47,160 nt of DNA from Catajapyx aquilonaris. Its lineage: Eukaryota. Under the pieces are notes generated by a model. It worked only from the letters and a program-made list of their open reading frames with translations, had not been told where the DNA came from and ran no database searches. The stretch is taken from positions 1-47,160 of the forward strand of contig JYFJ02003041.1 of NCBI GenBank assembly GCA_000934665.2. The letters run 5' to 3'. Made by a program: the position numbers and the translations under genes. The stretch's first letter is position 1; the number at the start of each line of letters is the position of its first letter. Below are positions 24,128 through 38,000 of the stretch, in pieces.

Positions 24128-24811
24128 GGGGGCATTACAGTCATCGACCTTCAAAAATTATATTTTTTTTGGTGAAAAAATCAAGCGTCTTTTCCTGCGT
24201 AGAACGCGGCAAACCGCGTCCCGAAAGTCAAAAAATTGGCGCGTCGGGAGCCGGACGCCTGGCAACGACCTTTGGAATCTTTTAACTTTAAACGCGTTTT
24301 TCTCAGTTTGCCGGATTTGGACACTGCGGGCATCGCCCAGGCCACAAAAATTTTGCTACGGACTTCCCGCTTCACCAGCTTTATCCTCAAACATGGCGCT
24401 ATCGTTCGGCCCAAAAGAATTAGCCTGCTCGAACTACTTCTATTTGTAACTTTAATAAATGTTTTCTCAAAACTGCTTAATTTTGAAGTTATCTTTCTGA
24501 AATCGTCAAAAAAAATACTAAAATGATTTCAAAAATTATAATTCTAGGTCAAACGAAATTACATGGTCAAGGAAGCCTGAGGTCCAATCTGACGGTTGTA
24601 GGTTGATCCCAGCGCCCTAAATCGTGCCCACAGCGGCGTGACGTCACGCGGCCCTGGAGGCCCTTCGACACACGAACGTGATTCGATTATAGGCGCTAAT
24701 AGGTCTTTGACTTATGTACATTCATGAAAATGAAGTCCCAACTTCTTGTCTCTAATGGGTTTTTTGGGGCGATTTTTTTACAAAACCCTTGATTTTGACT
24801 GTAGTGCCCCC
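24128..24811. mobile_element. Non-autonomous DNA transposon with TTAA TSD and GG termini (Kolobok-like)
   Basis: TTAA|GGGGGCATTACAGTCA ... TGACTGTAGTGCCCCC|TTAA; no transposase ORF. Confidence 0.8.
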
Positions 24812-26087
24812 TTAACGATGCATCTGCTGATCTGCGGCACCAAGTGTATTGGCAAAAAATGTTTCTTTCCAGTCACTCTATCATTTCGCAAAAAATTAGC
24901 ACTTATTACTTCATTTACAAGGTGTCTATTGTTCTTGTTGCTTAGACATTTAACAAAATATGGACCTTCCTTACAAGGCGTAAAAAAACTTATGTGGATT
25001 CAGATATAGGCTGACTTACATGTAGTCACTGTTAACGATTTCACCTTGCAAAGCTGTCTCCTGGGAGATATGAGAATGTAAAAAATCGACAATGATGCTG
25101 TTCGCCCCAATTATCTTGCTACCTGACCCGAAAAAACCAGACTTGTGACAAACAAGAACATTTGTGAGAGGCATAGGTGAGAGGAGAATAACGGTAAACA
25201 ATAATAATTGTCATTATTGACAAATGTCTCGTTATTCTAGGAAGGGGCTGAGACATACCTAATGATGTTTTCTTGGCAAAAGCAGGCATATGAAACAATA
25301 TTGGAAGCCCCCCCCCCCCCCATTTTTTGTCCCTTAGCTTTACTTTTTTGTTACAGATCTGGTTTTGTCAGTCAGGTACTGATAATATTTGAAAATGTCT
25401 TCCAAATACCCATCACCTGGACTGTAATGAAACAGGGCAAATTGCAATGGTATTTCGGACATTAGCATACTTTGAAAAGTTTTAAAAAGTTAAGCACGTC
25501 TGCACGTGTGCAAATTATATTTCCAATGGTCCTAAATCATTTTTGTAGCAACCTGTTGATATACAGTACATGCTGTAGATTCAAAACTGTAGTAGTAAAG
25601 AAGTACCGGTATCGTTTAAAAAAAAGTCGACTAAATACGGAACCAGTTAGTGTACTTTACTAAAGACGGATGCAGTACAAGCACAGTACTTCTTGATGCG
25701 GGCGTTGGAAATACATTCATACATTCAGATACAGCAAGCTAGTGGAGACCACAGGTAGTTTCTTATGTGATCTCCGGTGATTTCTTATTATTTGCCTAGT
25801 AACAACTCCAGACATCCAGAGATTAAACTTATGCCTCCTTCCCCTGTTCCCCACCCCTAAATTTAAAAACCCTTCGCCGGATCAAAACCGTGATGTATTC
25901 CTGAGACCTGCCTGGGGGCGTGGGTGTTACCGCTGCCCCCCCCCCCCCCCCNNATGCTTCCAAGGAAATGGAAATCAAGCTTATGATAATTAGTTATGAT
26001 AACCAACAAAAGTAGTCTACTGTAATGGGCAAATGTTCAACTGACCACATGTTTCGTTGTATTATGATTTTGTTGCATTGCTATTAA

Positions 26088-26871
26088 CCCTGGAACCGTG
26101 CCATGGGGTCTTTTTGGACCCCAAGGAATAAAATGCATTAAAATGATAATTACAATGAACTTTTCCCATTTTTACAGTATATAACAGGAAGTGACGGTTT
26201 ATTTTGAATTAGCGATCATTTTAGGCATTGTTCAAAGAATGAACCTATTGTACAGGGTGATTCTCTCGAATGGAAACCCAAACATTCCTCAATAACTTTT
26301 TCACTATGGTGTGGTTCCCGGTGAAAATTGACATGTACTTACCTTGTATCATGCCAAACAAGGTCTGACTAAAGAATATACCAAAAGTGGTCCCCTCCAG
26401 CATCCAGGAATTTTTTAATGCGAGTCTGCACATTGCCGAAGACTCCTGCTGATTCTCGGCGGCCATGCCATCCATCCCCGGCCGCCCGCCCGCTTGACGA
26501 GGGAGAATCTCTTGGCGGGCGGGCTGGAGATTGAGCCATCCCCGCCGCCATCGCCAGTCGGAAGGAGCCTTCGGCAATATGCAGACTCGCATTTAAACAT
26601 TCCTGGATGCTGGAGGGGACCACTTTTGGTATATTCTTTAGTCAGACCTTGTTTGGCATGATACAAGGTAAGTACATGTCAATTTTCACCGGGAACCATA
26701 CCATAGTTAAAAAGTTATTGAGGAATGTTTGGGTTTCCATTCGAGAGAATCACCCTGTATATAGTCAATACATTGAAAATAATAATTAATAAAAATTAAA
26801 ATATGGTGGAGTCCGAAAAGACCCCACGGCACGGTTGCCGTAATACTCTCAGGAACGGCACGGTTCCAGGG
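26088..26871. mobile_element. piggyBac-type MITE (host of a nested element)
   Basis: TTAA|CCCTGGAACCGTGCC ... GGCACGGTTCCAGGG|TTAA, plus a subterminal inverted copy (26807-26834) of CCGTGCCATGGGGTCTTTTTGGACCCCA. Confidence 0.85.
26253..26757. mobile_element. Tc1/mariner-type foldback MITE nested in the piggyBac-type MITE
   Basis: TA|CAGGGTGATTCTCTCGAATGG ... CCATTCGAGAGAATCACCCTG|TA; ~190-bp near-perfect inverted arms around a GC-rich core. Confidence 0.9.
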
Positions 26872-26974
26872 TTAATAATACAAATTAATACAGGTTAGGA
26901 CAAGCTTAGTTAAGATAAGACTGTACTTTGAAATCTACTGGTGTGGTGCCCACAATATCTCTTTTATGGGTAGA

Positions 26975-27222
26975 ACAGTGGTGTGGTGGTTATAAGGCCA
27001 CAGCCTGCCGCATATGAGGTCCCCAGTTGGATCCCTGGGTCAGGCAGAGGCCACGTTCTGATGTGGATCAAGGTTTGAGAGGTCATCACTGCATTCTGGT
27101 TGGTTTTTTCAGGGTCTTTCTGTTTCCTCCCACAATCAAAATCCAACCTCAATGAGGTGCGAATCAATAAGTCCAGAATTAAATGAGAATCCCCTAAAAG
27201 GTTACAGACTTATCACAAGGTA

Positions 27223-27256
<34 letters not shown>

Positions 27257-27277
27257 TCATCGTCATCGTCATCATCA
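26975..27277 (+). mobile_element. Second, more decayed V-domain-like SINE copy with (CAC)/(CAT)n tail
   Basis: Shares GTGGTGTGGTGGTTAT, ATGTGGAT, GTTTCCTCCCACAATCAAAATCCA and ATCCCCTA with the 5776 copy; B-box-like GTTGGATCC. Confidence 0.7.
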
Positions 27278-28189
27278 CTCTATCCACAATACATAATATT
27301 ATTATAGGGTGAAATCTCCAGTATTTAAACATTTTAACTTGAAAATTATATGAGTGACATAATTATTTCAACTGTGTAATGACAAAATGTTATGGCTAAC
27401 AGTCATTTTTCAAAATATGGCAAGTAATTCAATATTTTTCACCGTGTAATGAAAAGTTGATGTCTAAGTTCTTCATAACTTGTACTTGAACAGCCCAATT
27501 CCAGAATGTCTTCACTTTGGAACTGGGCTCTTCAATTACATCAGTGAACATCTTCAGCTGATTTCAATACAAGCTTTGTTTCACTTCCATTCTGGCCCCC
27601 ATTCTATTCCATTCACTCTGGAAGGAATTCAGGTTAGTAGGCCTACTTACTGAGGTTTTATAGAGTAGCAAGAGAGAATATCAATTTATAGGTTTCATGA
27701 GCAGATTTTAATGGGAGCAAAATAAGAAAAAAATGACAATTCAGAAACTTGAATCATACACATCCAAAGATATGTTCACTGGAGATTTACAATACTAGCA
27801 TTCGAGTTACAAGTCTTAGAACAAGCTGCAGTTAAGGTCAAAATCTGTACGTACTACATGTGAAATTAGCAAATGACTAATATGTCCCCTAGCCTTAGTC
27901 ACTAAACTTGGCATATAATCTTTGAGTTTCTCCTGGTAATCAACAGGAACTGTGCTACAGTTCATCACAAGAAGATACTCTTTGTTTCATCGATACTCAA
28001 TTTTCAGGGGGAAGAACCAGAAACTTGCAATTATGTGATTAATGAAGTCATTTAATAAAAATATATACCACACAGACCACAGTTTCATTTTGGATACCAG
28101 GGTTGTCCAGAATCTATTGAAGTATTATTATCATGAATCTACACTTTCAGTAATATCAGGTAGTATTAATATTGACATTCAGTAGAATG

Positions 28190-28790
28190 ACAATGATCAA
28201 TTTGTGTTCCACTCAGAGTTTGATGCAGCTTTTAAGACTGGTTAGCATACCAAGCAGTTGTTATCAGGACATGCTTTTCATGGTTAAGCCACTGCTCATT
28301 AAGCATCAGGTCTACAGTAGTTTATTCCTGACCATCACCCTGCTTTTACACCAAAAGTTGTGCTTTCCATATGCTATGATACTCCATAATACTCAAATGC
28401 AGGATGAGGGTACTCTTCAATGTGGTTATATAATACACATTTTCCACAACAAGGTTTTGCATGGTTCCCCAATCCTAAGGAATCTCACTGGAAACATTTG
28501 TTGTGTGCCAAGATGAATTTCATTCCAATTCGTGTATTGCTAACAGATATGTGGTTTTGTGCATGTGTACTTCACATAACTGTAATATAATTTTACAGAA
28601 AAATCTGCGCTTTCATTCCTTCAAGATCCATTTGCAATGATTAATCCATTCAGTATCATGCAGGGATCTGGACAATGACATGTACATTTGGGTACAATAT
28701 TTCACACCATTTTGAAACTATCAAAACCATATCCCTTTTCTCCTCGCAAGTGAAAGGTGTGCCGTACCTGTCAAATATGTGTTTATTTTG
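28190..28790 (-). pseudogene. Decayed Tc1/mariner-type transposase (DUF4817-like N-terminus)
   Basis: FTCEEKRDMVLI...LYPN / HCPDPCMI at the 5' end and KSCIKL*VEHKL near the 3' end resemble such transposases; many stops and frameshifts. Confidence 0.4.
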
Positions 28791-29174
28791 GCACATGGGT
28801 TCCCTTAAACCAAAAGTCAGCTGAGACTGGAATTGAAGACCTGATAGCAAAAAGGGCAGATGTCAATGATGGATAGTTTCGAGAAAACAAAGAAAAACTT
28901 CCCTGCTTCCCATGCACGGCAAGCAGCCAGGTGATATTATAACACACTATCTTTGTCGATGTTTTTCTACCAGACTACTGCCATTTTCACGGAATGGAAT
29001 TTGTGGGGACCTCCGCATTGCTACTGACTACCACTTGGCGTCGCTATCTGCAAATTGCATTTTTCATGACATCTGCCCTTTTTGCTATCAGGTCTTCAAT
29101 TGGTAGAAATACAATATCATGGGCTGCTAATTAAAANGGGGGGGGTGATAGGGGGGGTGGAATACCACAATTTT

Positions 29175-29450
29175 TCCTTCAATTTTCTGATCTTTCTTCT
29201 AACTCCGGTGCAAGGATGAAAGGACATGGGGTAAGGATGGGGATTTTTTGGGGAGGGTACATGGGTGCAAGGGCAATGTCTGATATGGGGTCATGTGCTG
29301 TTCCCCAGGTGGTTAGGTTGCCAGACACCTCCAAGGTGCAGGTCAGAGACCCTCCTGACGCAGGTGAAAGGGAACTCCCAGGCGGGGATCGAACCTGGGA
29401 CCTTTCACTCAGCAAGCTGAGACGTTACCATCTTGGCCACCACACCTCCC
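29175..29450 (-). mobile_element. tRNA-derived SINE
   Basis: Minus strand GGGAGGTGTGGTGGCCAAGATGGTAACG...CCAGGTTCGATCCCCGCC (A and B boxes) followed by a non-tRNA body; 3' end approximate. Confidence 0.55.
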
Positions 29451-31083
29451 CATGGGCTGCTAGTTTATCAGTTGGCTAGACAAATGGCAGGCATGCGTGT
29501 ACTAATCACCTAAATGAGAAATACTATGCTGATCAGCACTGCATTTAGCCATCTGCTGGGTCTCTTTATGCCTTGATGCCTGATAGGAAGCACTCATATG
29601 AAGACAAACCTACACCACAATCCCTTGACATACGTGCCTCCATTCAAGACAAATAGATTAGCTCAATGTTCTTAATCAGTGTTGAAAACATACATCATCA
29701 TGGTAATATCTTGCAAAAATGACATATACAACACTCCAACTTGTATATTTACATAAGGAACTCCCTTTTTTGCGATTCTAATTTTCACATAAAGTAAACA
29801 TCAGGCATCTCTGCACCAAAAATCTCAACTAAACAAAATAGGTGTCTTACAGATTCTATATGTGCCTGAAAGATCATTTTTTGTAAGTGCCGTAACTTCC
29901 TTGAATGCCAATATGCCTACCAATTTCCAACTCTCCATTTGATAACAAATGCTTAGCAGTGAAATTATAATTTCAGTCTATACCTGCCATTTTACAAAGA
30001 TAAGGCATTAATTGATAATTAGCAATAAAGCAGCCTTTTCAGGCATTTAGCCCCAATTTTTCAAAATTGCCACTGTAGGGATTTATTGGTGTACAAATAT
30101 ACATGTCATGGAACAGATGAAGTGAATTCTTTTCATTAATGTCAGGTTGTGGTTAATATCCCCTTATAGTGTGGCTGGAAAGTTCATTAATGCAAGTTTT
30201 GTTGGTTTTTACACCTGGTTTAAGCCTCTTGGAAAATATCCCAATGATTGTTGTATAGCAAACAGAATATTTTTCTCACCCCCCCCCCCCCCATATGTTT
30301 CTTTAATTTGTTTATTATGGCAAATAATTGATGATAAATGACAGGCTCAAACATGTTCTACAAGATTTCCTGTCTAAAAATGACCAAACTCCCATGTTGG
30401 GGCTCATTTGGTGTTGCCTCAGGAAGGTTAGAAATGAGAAGTGACAATATCATGATCTGCAAAGGCAAGGCCCAGTATAACTACTAATCTTTCGATTAAG
30501 TTGTAATGGTTTCGATTCAGTTCAGTTATATGTAAGAGTCTGAAACAGCGGTCGGAAAAAAAATTGTCAGGATTGCTTTCTTCTTAATACTTATGTTGTA
30601 AACCAATCAGTGGCTCAACATTTCACTCCATGATGAAAGTTTTCATGCAAGAAAACCTTGCCTGTATTTATGAGACTTATATTTGTTGACAGTGTTTCAA
30701 TGGTAAAAAATTATGCTATAAAAAATTGTTTACTTGGCATTAACAATTTTCCAACCACCTTCTACATTCCTGCAAAGGTATTCCACAGGGCTTAAAACAG
30801 GTTTTAAAAACAGCAAAATGAACGTAACATACGGCACTAATATTGATATTATGAATTTGGACATTTAAATGCATTAAAAAATCACAATTACAGCTGAAAT
30901 ATTGCTGATGCTGCAGTTGGAAAAATAACACGGTGACAAACTTTCCACTCACCCTAAACACAGCGACACACAGTTCATGCAAACAAAAATTGCTTATCTT
31001 TGAAATGTTCAAGGCTTCACTGTATAAAACAGCCTACAATCACATTGGCAACAGATACAATGAGAAGCAGACATTTTTATATA

Positions 31084-31421
31084 CAGGAAGTCCCCGGCCT
31101 ACGAACCGGGTTACGTTCCTGAAAACGTCCATAAGTCAGAATGTACGTAACTCGGATCCCTGAGGAACAGCGCATGTATACAGTGTAAACAAGGAACCGC
31201 TTACGTCATGTGTGTTTGTTTACATGCACGGAAGAACGTAGTTTCACAATTATTTATTAATTACACCTAGTATTTATGTTGAACCTGGTCTCGGTCAATG
31301 TACGCAGAAGTGATCGAAAATGGAGGGATAATTATACATTATCCTTCTGGGGATCCTTGGTAGCCCTTTTGTAAGTACAGATCGCCATAAGTCGGGTCGT
31401 TCATAAACCGGGGACTTCCTG
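31084..31421. mobile_element. pogo/Tigger-like MITE
   Basis: TA|CAGGAAGTCCCCGG ... CCGGGGACTTCCTG|TA; 338 bp. Confidence 0.85.
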
Positions 31422-31694
31422 TACCTCAGAGGATCACAAAATGTTTTATCTATACAATTCTAAAAATACTGTTATGCCATGCAATGTTGTCTTAAAACCA
31501 CCACATTCACACAGTTTAGTGTTCAATGCATGCACACTGTTGAACTCTTTCGGTTTTCACAATTTATTGTTATATTTTGCCTGTACAACTCTGACAGCAC
31601 ATTGGTGACAGCCACCGATGTGAGTAAGTTAATTAAGAAATTGCATCCATTATCGAACTCGGTATAGTAGTTTGTTATCTTGATTGCTTTATAG

Positions 31695-32212
31695 CAGGGG
31701 TGTCAAATTCTCTTTGTTCAGTAAGGGTACAAGACAGTATTCGGGACTGAAGGCAATATGTAAATATCAAGTTGATTGTTGATATTCCAAACTTGATAAC
31801 CCAAGACATATCACAGAGGCTGCATTCGGTTTAATATCCAGGATGGCATTATCACATGTCCTGCTACAAAAAGAGCCACAACTGCATTGTGCAATAAGGT
31901 CGTTTTGACAGTGCAGCTGCATTACTTTTTTTTCCCCCCCAAACAAGTAACACTTGACCTTACAGAACAGCTCTCTTTTGTAGGACAAGATATGCCCAAC
32001 CTCCTTCCAAAAAACTGCTAAACACATAACAAGGCATGAAAGAAGAAAGAAGCAATCACTTAGAAATGCTTGTAGAATTACAAATACAAATATCAATTCT
32101 GGCACTCATTTAGTAGAGGAAGATGGCAGAAGTATTGAATTCGCTGCCAAATCTGTTGACAAGTAATCAAGAAGAGCAAAGGTGGCCCCTGGCCACATGT
32201 TTGACACCCCTG
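31695..32212. mobile_element. hAT (Charlie-like) non-autonomous element
   Basis: TIR CAGGGGTGTCAAA / TTTGACACCCCTG; 8-bp flanks CTTTATAG / CTTTGAAG (6 of 8 match). Confidence 0.75.
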
Positions 32213-32620
32213 CTTTGAAGGAATGCATATCATAATTATTGCTAACATGGCTGAAGAGATGCTGGTGTTTACAAAAATTACCGGTAATAGGCATCTAAAA
32301 TCACAAGTTCAACACCAGCAGAACACGTAACTGTAACACTGAATGAGGCACAATCATAAAAGGAAGCAGAGGATTGACTGAATGAGACCAGTTATATGAA
32401 TGAAAATCCAATGACAGTGATTGGGCAAAACATGCCAAATGACTAATTACAATGACACAATAGGGCTAATTCCCATTGGATTTTTAAATTTGCTACACAC
32501 TTATTCGTTGCAGGTTGCATACAGACTATAACTCTTCCACAATTATTACCATGTTTTTAGTACTGTTGGAATTTTTTTTGAACACTTTCATTAAAATTCA
32601 TAGCTATTTAAGATACAGGA

Positions 32621-33013
32621 ACTGTAAAATGGGATGAATAGGGATACTTTTGTGGTTTTTAGACTTTTTCTCTAAAAAAGAAAGTTTGGAGATCGAAAAT
32701 TAGTCACCAAACACCACTAATTCCAATGTGCATTCACCAAAGAGATCAGCCTGACCACTCGATTGAATCAACAAATGGGTTGAAGGCTATCAAATATGAC
32801 ACCAAAATATCAACTGATTCTCATCAGGCCAATCTACATATAATTTTTTTGAACAAATGTGCCTACTGCAAATCGTAGAGAAAGGACTTCCTTCAATTGC
32901 AAATACCCTATTCTGATATCTTTCAATTTGTAAAAATGCCTATAATATTTTAAAAATTGTTAACTTTCTGTCCCATTCACCCCTTGCATCCATATTCACC
33001 CAATTTGACAGTA
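32621..33013. mobile_element. Degenerate pogo-like MITE
   Basis: Imperfect TIRs ACTGTAAAATGGGATGAATAGGGATAC versus reverse complement ACTGTCAAATTGGGTGAATATGGATGC. Confidence 0.5.
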
Positions 33014-33314
33014 CCAAAACATTTGCAGAAATATAATTTGTTAGCATGAAATTCCTTTTGTCATGTTATGTTTGACCAGTGATAATTGTGTCAGTCCATC
33101 GCATTGTTGTTGTGCCTGAAGAACTTTGCATAATGACTGGCTAAAACGAGATGTCACCAAATACACCTCCCACGCTCTTTTCTCCTAATCATACCACAAG
33201 GTCAGATCTGCCAAATGTTAAGGAGAGAGAAGGGGTATTGGTGGCAGAGGTGGGGCCAGGTGGTTATACACCTTTCTTCTTTTGTTGCAGATGGTTCATG
33301 CACTGACATTTTAA

Positions 33315-34187
33315 CTCTGTCTCCCGCGACCTTGAACGTTGTACAATCCTACAAAGTTGTCTGTATATATATTTTAAAATTCAATGGTATAACCCCAACA
33401 AAAATTTCTTTCGCCATAGCCTTAGGTAACTCTTCTAGTGTCTATGTTCATTAGCATTTACACCATCCACGTGATATTTTTAATGACATGACGTCATAGT
33501 CATAGGCCGAAGGTCTCGTTCATTGTAAACAAATACTTATGCATGAATTTAAAACAGTCATTGCTCCCTGTCGCATTTCCCCCGGTATGTGGACGTGTAG
33601 GAGAAAACCAGATTAAAAATCCCGGAAATTCTGTGACTTACTTTTCGCGGGGAAAAAATCCCAATGATATGCTCAAGGCTACGCCCCTTCCCGCGCTTCG
33701 CCATGAGCCAGTGGGAAGAGACCTTGCTCCTGACTGGTCTATCCGACTGCTCCGAGCAGCTCCAGGCGACCAGGTGGAGGCATTGAAACACACAAGTCAC
33801 CTCCGTATTGACCTGGTGGCTCACATTACCTCCTTTTAAACCGGACCTTTAAAAAATTTTAAACTGGCAATTAATGTTTTCATAATTCATCAGAGGGACT
33901 GGGCATTCATATGGAATTTTCTTGGAACTTTTCAACGCGACCTACATCCTCAATATGTCACGTATCAGCGTTGGAAATAAGGTGGGTCGCTATGATGAAA
34001 GAGCTTCATAAGGCAGTATTGTGCCCCCTGTGGACAAGCAACATAATGATATGTATCAGACATTCCCGCGACATCTAGTGGATGAACAGAGCACAAAATC
34101 AGGGGTGCATGTTTCACTTATTTCTCCCCATGGCACCAGACTTAAACATACTGTTAAAGGAGGCAAAAACCAGTGGGAGACATAGGG
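33315..34187. mobile_element. piggyBac-like non-autonomous element
   Basis: TTAA|CTCTGTCTCCCGCG ... CAGTGGGAGACATAGGG|TTAA; imperfect TIRs. Confidence 0.5.
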
Positions 34188-35003
34188 TTAATAGCCTGAA
34201 TGTTCCTTTAGTAAAACACTACTGATGGTGACTGCCAATTCAGTGGTCAAACAATACAGATAAACTGGGAGAGTGCAAGTTTTATAAATAGAGATTAAAC
34301 CTTCAATTTATGAAACATGAACTCTTCTAACATGGCATCATCTCACTACTTTTGGGGCTATTATCATATTTAAACAAATTACAATGCCCTTTATATAACT
34401 TCTTCAGCTACAACAAAGTCATAGGTATGGTGACATAAGTTGAGTGCACATCACATTAATCTTGACTTCAATAAAGCTTTTGGTACTTTCAGTTATATCT
34501 CAGCTAGCTGATCTGCAATTTTATGTACAAAATTGTTCAAAAAAAAGTTATCACAAGTGTCAGGTTGATAGTGCTGAGTTTGAAATACATGCTGGTCAAT
34601 CACACCACAACGACATGAACAAGTCATGAAACAAACGTGCCATTGACACATCAAATGGTAGCATTACCGACATGGGAACCTCTGACTGTACAATCCATTG
34701 ATAGTGCCCATCCAAAAAAGAAAAAGAAAAAATCCAAGAGATTTAACTGGAATATTATTTCAGTCTTTCAGCATTTCCTGTGCTTCCTTGTAATATTTGA
34801 CACTTACCCAGTGATATTATTAACCTTCTTGTGCAAGACAGTAGTGCATATATTTTTGTAGATTGCTTTGCATCAACCAAGGGGCTTTGCATAAATAAAA
34901 ATCCTCATAAGGCATTATCCAACGAACTGATCGCGATCAAGTTATGCATAATTTCAAAGTGGCTAGTCACAAGCATGAAGAATGTTATATACTGCTACAC
35001 TTC

Positions 35004-35054
35004 TCACGTTGCAGGCAATTGTGGAAGTCCAAACTCATCCACTGGCACACCATC
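35004..35054 (-). CDS. CHMP5: CHMP5 exon 5 (stop)
   Basis: catacag|GAT GGT GTG CCA GTG GAT GAG TTT GGA ... ACG TGA. Confidence 0.9.
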   Translation of the reverse strand, partial: DGVPVDEFGLPQLPAT

Positions 35055-38000
35055 CTGTATGAAATCAGAGGTTATATTAAACCAAGGTTCTGCTATATCA
35101 ACAAAAGTGATTACCTTGTTTGCGGGAACCTCTGTGCCAGGCTCCTTCGTGGGAGCTGATGGAGCTAAAACAGCATCATCCAAGTATGATGCGTCCTCAT
35201 CAAGGGCCATCTCATCTCCAAGTGCTTCTAGCTCAGCCTCCAGTTCACTCTCATCGACATCAGGCATGCCATAGCTACGACCCAGAGCTTCCTGCACTTC
35301 GTCAGCTGATTCCAATAGGTCAGCCAGATCATCTTGAACATCCTGCCACAAAACAATCCAATTGCATAAGCAATGAATTCTTGTACTGAGTGTTTCAGAA
35401 TTTAGCTCGCATTTATATTTATGAAGGTTTCTGGTCTTTGAATTTGGCTGTTACAGATGAGTCATTGAAGGAAGTCATTTTTAAAAATGCAACATATGTC
35501 GCCCTATGGCCACTTGTCAACAGCTAGCACTGGGTCAAAGGTTGGCTTTGGTGAAGCTGGCAATGAGGAAAAAAACAACAGCTGGCTCATGGACATGTGG
35601 CCGATGACAGGGCCAGGGTTGTAAATATAATTAAACCCCACCCGCGAAAAATTCCTTATGGCAGTAATGGGAGGGTTAATTGGCACATTATACATAATTG
35701 GGAGTACAGTGTACTACTACTACTACTACAGTACTACCAAAAATGTTGGTCACAATGAGAGTGTCCACAACCCTTTGTTAGAGCTGAACTACACAGAAAG
35801 GACAGACAGTGCTTCCTATCCTTCTTGCTTCTGCCATAAAAGATCTGTAACTACAAACCTCAATGTCATCAATGTTCACTTTCTTGAATTCCTTTTGCAT
35901 TTGCTTCACACCAGTCTTCATAGCTTGAACAGTGGCCTGAGTGTCCTTGAGTGTTTGACATGCAAAGTTAGCTTGTTCCATATTGAAAGACTGTTGGCGA
36001 AGATTGTCAGACTGTTGCTCGTACCTGGAAGGAAAATAAGAAATGTGCAGGTTCGTGAATTCCATTAAGTGACGCCTCCATTGACATTTCAACTTAATAA
36101 CTGTGGATGTTAATTCATTTTTCTCACACCACAGTACCAGCTTCTCTAATGCCCTTACCGAGAGATGTGCCATGTGGAAGAAAATGCAGCCGAGGGGTTG
36201 GATATTTTTATTTTGTTATTTATTTGTTACCCAGTTACAGGGTACGTTTTGGGGGACGGCTCTGGGTACACAAGCGAAATAAAAAATTAAGTTATAGGGT
36301 TTGCGTATTGGGGTTGGATATTCTGACGAAGCGGTATGATACTGACTGAAGATACCTCATGACCTATTTGGGGGATTCACCTTCTCACCTTATGAGATTC
36401 AACCTGGATTCACTTCATTGTCCAACCCTTCAGGAAAAGCATCTCTCTCCAGGCCAAGGCCTCAAGAAACCTTGTGCCATGGTGGAAATAGTGGACATCA
36501 AAAGTGCTAATGTTGAAATGCAGATGATTCTATGCAGCACTACACTTGCAACTCATATTTCCTTACATTCAACTGGGTGGGCAACTGTCACACAGTGGTG
36601 GGTCGAACCCGTTTTCGTGGACAAAAGTCTGAAACTCATTTGATCATCGTGAAATTCGGTATATTTACGATGTTGGAGGAGCACATGCCGATTTTAGTGG
36701 TTTGAGCCCAATATGGACAATTTCAAAAATTTACATACCACGTTTGATAAACACACCATCATAGGCACATATGGAAATTTTTGTTATGCCTCTGGAGAGT
36801 CTTTTAGGCTTTAACATAGCTTCTATACATTGCACTAGTTTGAAATTTTTTACGTCCAGCAATAAGACTGTAAAAAAAAAGAGGCTGAGGTTCGGGTTAC
36901 GTTTGCCAGCACTCGCGTCCGATTCCATGCAGCGTTGCCTTATTTTTCCTTCCAATACGGTGAAATTACCCATGAAAACATTTTGGATTTGAAGCTAATA
37001 ATATTATAGGCATCATTTAGCTGCACTATGGTCAAAAACAAAGTATTACAAAGTGCATAATTAGCAACAGCCCAATGACATGGCAGCCATCTTTGATATG
37101 CAGATAACTGCAATTAATATATTTTATGTCATAATTTCTATATTTCGCTGTTTACTTCCTCAATTGTAATGAATGGTCAGGAATTTCTTGACACCCATTG
37201 GGCCGATAGTGAACGACTATGAAACACGGATGTAACATTTCTGGACTTTGAATTTGGCGCGTTACAGACGATTCATTGGATGAAGTCATGAAAAATGTAA
37301 TAGATGTGGCCCTATGGCCACTTTTCAACAGCTAGCACTGGGTCAAAGGTTGGCTTTGGTGAAGCTGGCCATGAAAAAAAAAAAAGATGGCTGGCTCATC
37401 GACATGTGGCCAATGACAAGGCCAGGGTTGTAAATATAATTAATTAAACTCCACTTGCATGAAATTCCTTATGGTGGTAGATAAAGGGTTAACCCTCCCG
37501 TTACCGCCATATGGAATTTTGTGCGGGTGGGGTTAAATTATATTTACAACCCTGGCCTTGTTATTGGCCACATGTCGAGGAGCCAGCCGTCTTTTTTTTT
37601 CTCATGGCCAGCTTCACCAAAGCCAACCTTTGACCCAGTGCTAGCTGTTGACAAGTGGCCATAGGGCCACATCTCTTGCATTTTTTCATGACTTCCTCCA
37701 ATGAATCATCTGTAACGCGCCAAATTTAAAGTCCAGAAGTGTTACATCTGTGTTTCATAGTCGTTCACTATCGGCCCAATGAGTGTCAAGAAATTCCTGA
37801 CCATTCATTACAATTTAGGAAGTAAACCATGAAATTTAGAAATTAAGCCATTAAGTTAATTGCTGGAACCTATATCAAAGATGGCTGCCATGTAATTGCG
37901 CTTTTGCTAATTACGTACTTTGTTATGCCTTGTTCTTCACCATACGGCAACGAAGTGATGCCAATAATATATTATTATTAGCTTGAACTCCAAAACGTGT

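Noticed and set aside
25936..25953. Poly-C followed by NN (also N at 29137)
   Set aside because: Assembly ambiguity at homopolymers, not biology.
26245..26789. Identical peptides in ORFs on opposite strands
   Set aside because: Artefact of the MITE inverted arms, not a duplicated gene.
29371..29450. Functional tRNA gene
   Set aside because: A and B boxes are present but anticodon and acceptor stems do not form properly; treated as a SINE head (same for 22929-23005).
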